A stretch of 63,754 nucleotides of DNA, the filler included, from Pelomyxa schiedti (lineage: Eukaryota > Protista > Evosea): the NCBI GenBank assembly GCA_020536535.1. It is 6 parts of 6 records of this genome, joined end to end, with 100 filler letters (N's around TTAATTAATTAA, not from the genome) between each part and the next. Parts side by side here need not be neighbours in the genome. Positions count along the whole stretch, not along the records: positions 29,669 to 53,040 come from JAHLWZ010000139.1; 5 more parts are not named here. One strand, written 5' to 3'. The notes beneath the pieces are model-generated. The model did not search any database, was not told where the DNA came from, and saw only the letters and a program-made list of their open reading frames with translations. A program made the translations under genes and the position numbers. Shown here one piece after another: positions 36,236 through 47,440 of the stretch. Position 1 is the first letter of the stretch. Each line of letters opens with the position of its first letter.

Positions 36236-37849
36236 CTATTGAGTGGAGCCAAGAGGGCCAAACCTAATCTTGGAGAATTTCACGGAGGAATTGGGATACT
36301 CGCTCCTGCAGTCATCAGGGTTACCAGATGTTGTTGGGCATGGACCACGTGTAACACCAGGATCAGAAGGATCGGAGTCAGTTGGGTATTCAGAGTCCAA
36401 CCAAAGCATGTGCGCGGTGAAGTCATCCCATAAGCTGAGAACCAGAACCACTCCGCGGCCTAGCATCTGCCCCTGAACAGCCATTCCTCCCTTCTCCTCG
36501 AACTCGAGTGGGTCTCCAAAGGCAGTCTTCTCGGCATCGCAGAAATCGTCCGATACGGAATCGAAGGTCTCGCCGTTGACTGTGATCACGCTGTTGGCCT
36601 TGATAACTCCGTCCTGCTTCCAGAGCCTGCGGATTTCCTTGAGTGCTCCGGTGGTAGTATTGTCCACAGTGACAAATTGGGTGATCACAGAGAACGAACG
36701 GGTGGTGTCAATCTTGAATGAGCTTCCACCGCCGTAGAATGTCTTGTCTCCAAGGCGGTAGCTGTTAAAGTCGCAGCCGTCCTTGTCACAGACTCCATCA
36801 TATCTCTCGTCGTCATCGCCGCATTCGGTTCCGCTGCAGCGGTAAAGTCCCTTGACGCTGCAGTCATGTGCGGTGTAGGCTGTGGATTCGGAGTTCGATT
36901 CCCAGATATCCATCTCTCCGCAGCATGTGCCGTAGTAGCCTGTCCCACTGTTGGGATCCTCGTCGCTTGGTGTCCAATCGATGACTGCAGGGGAAAGAAG
37001 AAAAACGAGACTGTTAGCATCGTTATAGTAAGAGTAAGGAGACAAGAAGTACGCACTATTGGCCTCGCCGTTGATCCACTTGATATCGTGAGGGCATTGG
37101 GCATCACAATATCCAGTGCCGTACTTGGCACCAGCGGAGTTATAATTAGTTCCCATACCACCGTTGGAAGGCATTTCAACGAAGTAAAGGGCACCGTTAA
37201 GTCCACAGGGCAACTGTGAGACATCAACATCGAATGTGAACTCTTGATTTAGAAGCTGGAACATCTGGAGAAAGTGAGAAGACAAAGATGGGGAAGTGGA
37301 GGTGGGACCTTGTAACCGGTGGTGGATTCCATCAGGTATACACGGGAACCAATGTTGGTTGAATAAGCACCATAAGTAACGTACTTCAGGGTAAGAGTGT
37401 CCCCACTGGTAGTGATACCATAAGTACCTTTTCGGTGTTAAGGTCACAAGGAATTCAATTAGGAAATGTTACCAGGGTAGTCACCACCCTCCAATGCGCA
37501 GTTCTTAGCACAAGCATCGGGGTCTGTGCAAATTGAAGTATCCCACTTATTTCCCGTGTAGCAGTTCGTGTACTCCCCAACCTACATGACATCCCAGTTA
37601 GTGAAGCACGATACAATAACATGTCCCACCACTATTAAAAAAAAAACTGAAATTCGCAAATTGGAAAGAGTGTACCTTGTGGACCCAGCGCCAATTTGAA
37701 TCCAACGTGATTGAGCGGGACAGGGACTGGCAATTTCCGACCGACGTGCACTGGTACACAGTCAACGAGGGGTGGTTCTCCGCCGTATATGTTCCAACTT
37801 GTTGACCAACAGCGAGGCAGAACAGAAGAGACAAAACAACAAACAACAT
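36236..37849 (-). CDS. Glycoside hydrolase family 7 cellobiohydrolase, secreted, no CBM, intron-containing
   Basis: Signal peptide then QQVGT; [35 protein letters not shown], catalytic [23 protein letters not shown]...MLWLDS. Confidence 0.95.
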
Positions 37850-38211
37850 GTTGTTGGCAAAGGGGAACAAAAAGGGGGAAAGTTTGGTGTTTGGGTTTTT
37901 TTATTTATTTAAAAAAAAAAGAAGAGGGGAGGAGTGTGGCTGTTAAAAGGGCCACCGTTAGTGGAAAGGTCGAAACGTCACGGTTTTTTCGGGCATCGGA
38001 TTGAAAAATGGAAAATGGCACAAACGGAACAACAGGATGTCTGCCTACACAGCGGGTTTTTCTATTGTTTTCCTCATCTCCGGAGACTCGGCTTTGACAT
38101 CTGACCGTTGTGATGTTTGTTCGGTTCGGCGAAATCCATTACGGCCAGGCCAGATCTGGTCCCCAGACACTTTTGTAGCACGCGAGATCTGGACGACAAT
38201 TCGCTTCTGAC

Positions 38212-40531
38212 TTGGCGATGGACACGTTACCGGGGCTGATAGTGCTGGATATAATGCGGGAGTTGGACCCCGAAGATGCGTTATGTGCCGCGCAAGTGTG
38301 TCGCACTTGGAGAGATATTGTTAACGACAATTACCTCTGGTTGGTTCCCCTTCGTGTTGGACTTCCTTTTTTTTTTGTTTTGTTTCACTCCATTTGTTTT
38401 TCCCCAAATGGTTGTTTGCTGGGCTGCTCACAAGTGTGAAGGAAATACTTTTTTTTGAAGGGCAAAAAAGGTTTCCCTATCAGTGCACTCAAGTTGGGAG
38501 CAGAAGGAGATGTACCTAACTTAGGTTTTCAGACTTGATTGATCCACCTCTTACGTTGCCCCCATGTTTAGATGAAAGAAATGGTAGTGTTGATTGGAGA
38601 AGGAATTACATGAAGTGCCGCCAACATGAAACAATTGCTCAGGCTCTGAGTTTTGAATATCCTCATCAGCCGAAAAACATTTGTATTCTAGTACGTGCTG
38701 GAAAGCATCACCTTTCACTCCCTTTGCATCTTCCATACGAGTTTATTGCCCTTGTTGGTCAGCTTCCCCCCCAACTGCCATTATCCTCATATGAGCTAAG
38801 GAATTTCCTCTGGTTCTCGTGATGCGACACTGATACCTGAGAATAACCATAGTTTGATGATTCTTCACAGAGTTGAACAGAAATACCTTCTTCGAAATTT
38901 GACATTACTGCAACCTGTACCTTTCTTGACTTGTTCGTGTTTCTCTTACTAAGCTGGTATGCAGGAATCCTCTGGGCAATTTTCTTGTGTAGACCTACGT
39001 CTTGGAGAGATTGACATTGAGGATTGCACTCTCAAATCAGAGAGTATGGCGGCAATCCGTGTTTTACATGATTCCTCTGGGTGTAGGATATCAAAATGCG
39101 CTGTATCTAGTAGTACCAGTTCCTGTATCCTACTTGTTCAAACTTCTGGGAAAAGTGTCAGGGTGGAGGATTGTGATATATTCGGCAGTCAGAGGATGGG
39201 TATGATATCACTATTTCCTTTGCCATTTACACAAGGATAGGCATCGAGGCCATTGCTGGAAATCCTGTAATTATTGGTTTGTTATCTGCCCTTTGGGCCT
39301 GTTGTATTTACCTCTTCTCAGGAAATAGAATTCACTCTCATAAACTCTTTGGTACAGTGCCGTGTGATACTCTAAATAATACCTGTTTTTTATTTATTTA
39401 TTGAAAACAAAAACAGGCATAGCAGTTTTTGAAGGCAGACCAACCATTGAAAACAACGAGTTCTTCAAAAACAACTGTGGTGGCATTGGTATATATGGCA
39501 AGTCTGAGCCGGATCCACCTGCTTTTGTAGTTATTAGGAACAACACCATTCACAACAATTTATCTGGCGTCCTTCTACATGTACATTCATTTTTCTCCTT
39601 TTCCAACACGTTCCAAAAATGAATAGTGTGGAGGGGCTCTCATGGAACACAACACAATTCACAGCTGTTCTTATTGTGCCATATGTATAAGAACCTCTGG
39701 TACTCTCAATATTCTTCTGATACTGGAAACATTTAATGAATCTTTTGCAGACCCTTCAACTGTGGTGTCAAATAACTTTCTCTATGGACAACAACAAGGC
39801 TCCGGAATTCGCCTCGAAAAGGGGGCTTTGGCGACTATACAAGATAACGAGATCCACCACAATGAGTATTGTGGCATAATTTCTCTCCAAGGAAGTAATA
39901 GCACAATCCTGAGAAATAAGATTTTTGACAACCGAAGCACTGGTGTGGCATGTTAAGTTGGTTTTTCGCCTTTGTTCCAAGCTTATCACTTAACAGGATT
40001 GTTAATTTATGTGGAGGGCACAGCAGTTGGGAATACCATTTACAATAATGTTGGTGGCATTGAGGTGAGAGACCCTTCATCAAGTGTGCATGTATCTGAT
40101 AACGATGAGCACGACAATGAAAAGGGTGTGCTGAAAAACAACCTCTCTTGCATATACTCATTTGTCTTTTCCCATAGTGTCTCCTCTTGCTCAAGCTGCG
40201 ATTGACCGTGGGTATTGCACATTCACTTCCACAAGTGTAAACTTTGTTCCTCAGTACTGGTGCTCATCTCCAATGATCCTCTCTTTTTACTTATTCAACA
40301 CCAGGTTTAGATGTTTGACATGTGCCCTACCAGATGATAACAACAGTGGCTGCTGTGTTGTTTGTGCTGAGAAGTGCCACAAGGTACGTGCCATTTCACT
40401 TCTGCTTATTACTCACTGAACCACAGACACACAAGCTATCAACAAAGAGGTTTGGTTTATTCTTTTGTGATTGCGTTTCAGAGTGGAAATGTTTTGCCAA
40501 GCCACCACATCAGGATAACCCTGATGGGTAA
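38212..40531 (+). CDS. FBXO11: FBXO11-like F-box protein (F-box, parallel beta-helix repeats, UBR zinc finger)
   Basis: F-box LPGLIVLDIMRELDPEDALCAAQVCRTW; repeats such as PTIENNEFFKNNCGGIGI, ATIQDNEIHHN; C-terminal RGYCTF...FRCLTC...CCVVCAEKCH...FFCDC. Confidence 0.82.
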
Positions 40532-40607
40532 AATAAATTAATATTAGCCAGTTTTGGCTTCTTATTCTTGTTGTTATTTTGCACAAAACACAAGTACAGT
40601 TTTGGGA

Positions 40608-42412
40608 TTATGTCTCCATTGGATCAAGGTCTTCTTCCTGAGGTAGTGTTGTAAAAGGTGTGAAGATATACGCGTCGAGTTTGGGGTCCGTGATGTCGGT
40701 TTTCACGGGCGTTATGGTTGGGACTTCCTTTGCCTCGGGTCTTGTATCGACCCGGGCGACGCTTGTGACTTGGGTGCATTCGGTGTACAACTTGTGGACA
40801 TGAGGATCGGAAACGAAGCCGTCATGTAGTTGTGGGGTGGAGTATTTACTTGTTGCGTGTGGAATATGTGGGTGGAGTGTGAGAATTCTTGCCGGGGCTC
40901 CGTTTGGAGGCACATAAACAGTACTGGAGAACTGCGTGACAATTGCACTTGAATCGTGGTCAGTGAGAACGCCAAACCGTCTCACCACGAAATTTTCTTC
41001 AAGTTCCGCCATGCCGCTTTTCCACTCGGGGCACTCAATGTTTCTTGTCGGTGTAAGAGATTATAAGAGAACATCTTTAGTCAGTGTACCTGAACGAGAA
41101 AGGGAAATGGGGCAGAGCTTGAAGGCCAGTTAGTAGTTGTTGACTAGTCTTGCGCCTGGGGCTATATTCAACCTCAGGTTTATTCATATATAAGGTAGAT
41201 TTCTCCTTGCTAAATTTCGCCTAGAATAGTGTTCAATGGTTTTAATGTAAAGAGTGGATACCTTTCCAGTGCCAGTACTCATCATGGTTGTCACACAGTA
41301 AACCTGCACATTACTTAGCTAAATATAATTCAAGAACTTGCACCATACTTCGTGTTCTTCAACTTCAAAGTCTTTCAAACTGCCTGGAGGATCAGGAACA
41401 GCATAGATCCGTTTGGATCCTTCTAAATTGTTTCTATCTATCAAGGAAATTGATGTGCGTTCGACGTTGTTTACGTGGTATTGTGCTGCACTGTCATGCA
41501 GGTGTTTAATAAGTTCTGTGCCCTTGTGGAAAAAAGTCACAGAATAGACAGGTTGCGGGTTATGTACCAAAACACCAGCTCTGATAGTCCGGCACACTTT
41601 GCACAATGCATCATATGCAGCCAATAAGGCTTCAGCAGGTGGTCCATCAACTACATCAGCACCGTCTGTTACAATAACAGTATGTGCTACAATAGCTGGA
41701 AACCCATCGACTTGAACTCCAAGTTTGCTAAAACAATAAAGAAACGGGTGAGGAATTGGTAAGCACGGAAGACAGGAGCTTACATTTTCGCAACGTCCCT
41801 CAAGTGGAGCCTTGTTTTGTCTCCTTGAAGAGGGGAGTAATTGCAAATAAGCTGATTGGGGGATACGCAAGTCGGAAAAGCAATTCCCATTGAATATACG
41901 TTCTCATTTGCTGCAAGGGATGTGTTTAATGAATGGTCTAAGCAAAAAGAGGGATTCTTACGGGGTGGAAATTTCTTTGCAAGCCCTCTTCCAATAGCTT
42001 CGTCTCCAAACCTACACAAATCTGCTATCAACGCGCCAGGGAGACACTTAGCAACGACAGCACCCAGGGCTTCATTTGCAATGTCTGCGGCGACTATATA
42101 CTTTCTTTCAGCAGTCCAATCCGCGAAAAGAGGATTGGTGGATACAGTGCCCATAGGAACAGTTCGCACAGGAACAGGCGGGCACCACGGCGTAATCGAT
42201 ACGCTCAGGTCGGGCTTCGAAATAGCACAAGAAGCAGGCTCCAAGTAAAAAGGTCTCTCAGGAGGTCGCTCTTCGAAAACGGAAGGCGAAATCTTGACTG
42301 CTTCGGTCTTGAGATCTTTCTTTGCAGCCACAACAAGGGCGTGTTTGGTTGCTTTACGGCATGTTGCTGCCCTTTTTCCGCCTCCGCTGTGCTTTGCTAC
42401 GTGCCTCATCAC
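40608..42412 (-). CDS. PA2G4/Ebp1-like M24 peptidase-fold protein, multi-exon
   Basis: KYIVAADIANEAL, GIAFPTCVSPNQLICNYSP, LGVQVDGFPAIVAHT, VTQFSSTVYV. Confidence 0.78.
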
Positions 42413-42555
42413 CGTGTTACCGTTGTCGAGGTTTTTTTTTTATTTCTTTTGGTTTTTACTTCCTTGATCAGATCTCGGTTCTTGGTTTTTTTTTTTCAAA
42501 CAGAATTCCAACCCACGAACGAATGAACTAAGAAGAAAGGAGCCGGGGAATTATG

Positions 42556-43580
42556 TCATGCTTTTATGGCAGTCACCAAGACGCCACCAATGAACCCATT
42601 TTGATATTGCAGTAATAAATCGTCACCGTAGACCCTCACTAGGCCATTGTACCACTTTTCTCCAAATCTGCTGACAAGCTGTGCCTTTTTTGATTGTATC
42701 TTCCCCCACAACTGGCGGTACCATTCCTCAAACTTGGCAGTAAGATCTTCTATTCTGACATTCTTCCAGCCAGCTTCCTCCAGTTCACTGGTGATGAACT
42801 CTAATAGTGTTACTGGTTACACAAAAAAAAAAAACACCAATGAAACCCAAGGGACTGCATACTGGGTCGTATGGGGTTCCACCTTCCTTCCAAGTGAGGC
42901 CCATTCAACGGATCACTGAAATCCATAATGCACAAAACCGCGCCATTGTCGCACAAGTCGTACACGCCTCGCAACACGCTGTCCTGGTCCCTCATTGCAT
43001 AGAAAGATGTCAGCATATACACGAGGTCGAATCTCGACCCGCCTTTGAGATCCAAGATCTGCCCAACGGCGTTCCTGAGGGCAGCAGTATCGCAGGCATT
43101 GCAGGCGAAGAAATGGGCCTGAGGGCCGTACTTTCTGTTGGAGTATTCGACCGAGCGGGAGTCCAGGTCGACGCCGGCCGCGGCACCAAGTTGGGAGCCG
43201 AGGGACGAGGCGACGTGGGCCAGGGAGCCGCCGCGGCCGCTGCCTACGTCGAGGACATTCACGGGACGCGGCGGCGCCGCGGAGCAACTGTGGGAAGTCG
43301 CGGAAATACAGTCACCGAGGTGGCGCCGCGATAACGCGGACATGAGTACATAGTCTACAGCCTCGAACTCGCCGGGGTGGGCGTGGTCGCACCCCCTCAC
43401 CTCTGAAAGCACCAACTTCCCTTCAAACGAATCAAAGTCTACCATCACCAAAAACCTCGTTGGGCTTCCGTGGTAGTGGGTTGTGGGATTAAAAACACAG
43501 GTGAGGGAGGGTAAATTTCCCGGAGATCTCAGCGCAGGGGAGTGTTGCCTTGGGTAGATTGCCAAATCACAGTCTGACAT
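42556..43580 (-). CDS. Class I SAM-dependent methyltransferase, phosphoethanolamine/sarcosine N-methyltransferase-like
   Basis: Motif I VLDVGSGRGG, GVDLD, FDLVY; hand-spliced last exon LEEAGWKNVRIEDLTAKFEEWY...LVSRFGEKWY...GGVLVTAIK. Confidence 0.7.
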
Positions 43581-43861
43581 GAGTTTTTCGCCGACCTGAC
43601 TTTCACTTTCGCTAAATTCGTATCAAAACAGAAGGACAAAACAGAAAGTGTTCCTGGTTTCCTCCTTCCTTTTTTTTTTATTATTGACATCACGAAGCAT
43701 CAACAAACCAGTGCAACACGAGATCTACGCTTCACTCGCTCCAGACAGAGACCAAACCGCTGCCATTCGTTCCCCCAACCAACGTCCGATCGTCTCCATC
43801 GAAATAACCCCTGAAAACAGCACTTTTCTCGCCCGCCCACGCCCCAAGATCTCCCCCTTCA

Positions 43862-46223
43862 ATGGCCGATGCTCGGCCGTCGTTTCTCAGCAGGGTCCCG
43901 CTTCGCCCACTTCCTCTGAATTCGGCTGTACGTGCTGCCGGGCCAATTTCCAGTCCCTCTGGTGCTCCGCTGCCTGCTCTGCGCGGGGATTTTGATTGGG
44001 CTTCTAAGCCACGGAATGCCCCCTTGATTTGGCCAATATCGCCAAACGGCTCTATATCTACACGAATTAACTGCCCAAGTGCCAAGGATTCCGTTTACAC
44101 TCCAACTTCTGCGCCGAAAGCTATTCCGCCCAAGGAAGGCGCGCACTGCAGTCCTATTGTTGTATCTATCACCCGGCGTGAGAGGCCTACTGTAAATAGT
44201 AGTAACATCGTTACTGACGAAAATGCTATCAGCTCGCACTGTGACAAGCCTAGTCTCATCACTGAGATAAATTCAACACCTCCCACATATTGTGAATTCA
44301 AAAACCATGTGGACTTTCCTGTGGATGGCGATGTTCCTTCTTGCAACCCATTTACCAATCTCGAAAGTACCCTGAGATCTCCCCCATGTGCTCTTTCTCC
44401 CTGTGTCTCTGAGTCTACTCCACTTCGGTCCAGCCTTAGAAGGGGCGATATAGATGACTCCGCAGATACTCTGTTTGCCAAGAACTCCCCGATTTATCCA
44501 CAGTTTACTCAGAGCCCTACTACTCCGTCTGCACTTGCTTTACCCGCTTTGCGGATGTTGCCACAGCCTACTTTTGTTACACTTCCAGTCTTGACCCCCC
44601 CTAAATCCCCTCACGAGTCTCCTCCAGCATCTCCCTCTAAATGGTTTTCACTTTCTGACTTAGCGTTCACCCCAATAGTTCCCCCACCCCCATCCAGTAT
44701 GCCACTACCTATTCTTCCCACTCCTCCATCTACCCCTCCCCGTGCTCCCAAGTTGGAGCCGAGCAACCGTTCTGGTGCAGAACAGAGTCCTGAAAGGTCT
44801 TTCAACCCTGGAGCTATTCCCTTCATTCCAGTTCCTCAAGTATCTACTAATCAATCACCAAGTGAACCGCGTCTCCCACGCGTTTATTCCCGCGAATTCC
44901 TTCTGTCTATGAAAGACGTGTGCTTTTTTTTTTTGGTCAGATGTTCAATTAACCCAGAATCCACTCCTAGAAATGTCAAGATCCCCCTCGGGGTCTGACC
45001 CAGGCTCTTTTGAGCTCCTTTTTTGGGATGCCATATGAAACACCTAAGGTGGAAACAACCCCTGAAAAGAGTGGTGAAGTGCAACCAGCACCTATGCCTT
45101 CTCATACCCCTACCAGTATTTTTTCACACCCTCCAGCTGTTACTCCTCCAAACACCTTTCTCTCTGGTAGAGGTACTCCTCCACTCAATTCGGAGGGAAC
45201 TCCTATTGGAAACAGCTCAACGCCTTATACTCCTGGAGTTAGTAAACCAACACACTTCACTCCCGGATTTAGCACTGCTGCACATCCCCAACCAAACTCC
45301 ACCACACCTCTCACTTCTGGTGCCCGATATGCATCACCTCAGGGAGTGAATTACCAAAAACTTGGAGGAACTCCTTCAGTTCAACCTGGTTTATTACCAG
45401 ACAATCCTGTCTCTGGCATTGCTTCTTCAGGTGATTGTAAAAGGGAATAACTTTGTCCACTTACTGTCGATAGGTGACCTCATTGGAGCACCTTCCGATA
45501 TTACTTTATTGAGGATGGCTTTATATTGTTGCTATGAAATCGGTACCAAATTTTACCAATTTGTTTTCTCTGGAATGACCTCTTGTAGAGCTCAGCCAGC
45601 CTCGACTTGAGGCTCGCCAGAAACAAATCGAGTACGGTATTGTAACTGTAGGGTATCAAAACTATATGAAGCTTGTTGGTTCGAAAGCCAAGAAAGGGGA
45701 TCCAATTTTCCCAAATAAGTTTCAGAAGTGCTCAAAGGTTCTCAAATCTTTATCCTATCTTTGACTTAAGACTAAACAGAGGAGTTGGGATGGGCAAATT
45801 CGTAAGTGGCGCAGAACACTCCACTTTTTTGATAATGCAAAAACATGGGATGATGTGGTCCAAGCTCGCTTTTATATACAGCAAGCCGCTATCGCCAAGA
45901 AAGAGCGACTATTGCAGGAGGCTGAAATGAGGAGAACCATGAATATATTTGTTTATAATAAGCAAGAGAGTGATGCCAGTGATGAAGAAAGTGAGCCAGA
46001 TGAATATGATGGGGACTCAATCGACAGTTCCCCCCCATACAAACCCGCCAACACATATAATACACAACACGTAAATGCCCCCAACCTATCTGCTTCTGGT
46101 GGGTTCACAACAACCCCATTTAGCAGTGCTCAATACGTTCCTGGGCATGGTCAATATCTCCCAGTGCCGTTCCCCTTCCCTGGTGATACACAGTTTTCAT
46201 CCCAGAGTCGTACTTTACCTTAA
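43862..46223 (+). CDS. SLBP: Histone RNA stem-loop-binding (SLBP) domain protein with long N-terminus carrying PAM2 and eIF4E-binding motifs
   Basis: Introns 44918-44970, 45431-45473, 45543-45588 and 45738-45779 join all ORFs in frame; RLEARQKQIEYGIVTVGYQNY...PNKFQKCSK-RSWDGQIRKWRRTLHFFD matches the SLBP RNA-binding domain. Confidence 0.85.
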
Positions 46224-46563
46224 GTGTGTTCCCTTCTTTGTAACCTCCTATTAACCCAATCATAGGCTATATCGTTGTATCTTAACTTTTTTTTTGGTGT
46301 ATTTTTCCCTTTGTCTCGTTGACCACTATGAGTGTTAATAAAAAAAAAAAAGAATAAAAAATAAAAAGGGGCAAAAACCTCTTCGTTACACAATTTCCAC
46401 TGAGGCACATCAAAAAATACGAAGAGAGAGGGGAGTTGTGGAGTACGAGAACCCGTGTGGGCTTTTTTTAGAGCACCAATTGGCCGAGTTTTGTTATTCG
46501 GAAATCAGAAAAATATCTTGAAAACCAACAACTTCGAACAAGAAAATAAAAGTTGTGGGAGAG

Positions 46564-47371
46564 ATGTCGAGCCCCGCAAGGAGAAGGTTGAATTACGACC
46601 CACTGCAAATGACATTTTACAAAAGCACGTCGCGTCACTACATTCCTTTAAATCAATGATGCAGTGTTAGTACTATTTAACAGTACATTACTTCAAACCA
46701 CACATGACCTAGAAAGGAACATGCACTCTGCCACGACATGTTACATGTTTTTGTTAATTATGCATATGCCACAGGTTGATGCGAGACTTCAAGCAACTGC
46801 AAACGGACCCACCAAGTGGCATTAGTGGTGCTCCGTTGGAAAACGACATAATGCGGTGGAACTGTGTAATTTTCGGTCCCGAGGACACCCCTTGGGAAGG
46901 AGGTATGATTAATTCGACCATCCTCGTCGTGCTTGTCCGTTCATGGTGGTTTTTCCCTCAGGGACATTCAAACTCCAAATGGCATTTACTGAAGACTATC
47001 CAACAAAGGCACCAAAAGTAAGATTCGTTTCTAGGATTTTTCACCCAAATGGTGTGTGCTTTGTTGGTTCTGACACCCAAACCGTTTGACCTTCTGTGCA
47101 GTTTATGCAGATGGGTCAATATGTCTTGATATTCTTCAAAACCAGTGGAGCCCAATATATGATATAGCAGCTATCCTCACATCCATTCAGGTACTTTCCT
47201 TCTTGTGGGTTTGTTTCATACTCCCTTTCCAACCTCTTCGTTTAGTCCCTACTAGCTGATCCGAATCCAAATTCACCTGCTAACAGTGAAGCAGCCAAGC
47301 TGTACACAGAAAACAAGTCGGAATATGATCGCAGAGTTACAGAGATTGTGGAACGAAGCTGGCTGGATTGA
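46564..47371 (+). CDS. RAD6: Ubiquitin-conjugating enzyme E2, Rad6/UBC2
   Basis: [68 protein letters not shown]. Confidence 0.95.
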
Positions 47372-47440
47372 CACCACCATTTTGTTTAAAAATACCTCCT
47401 TTCCTTGTTGTTGGTTTTTTTTTTTTTTCCTTTCTGGGTA

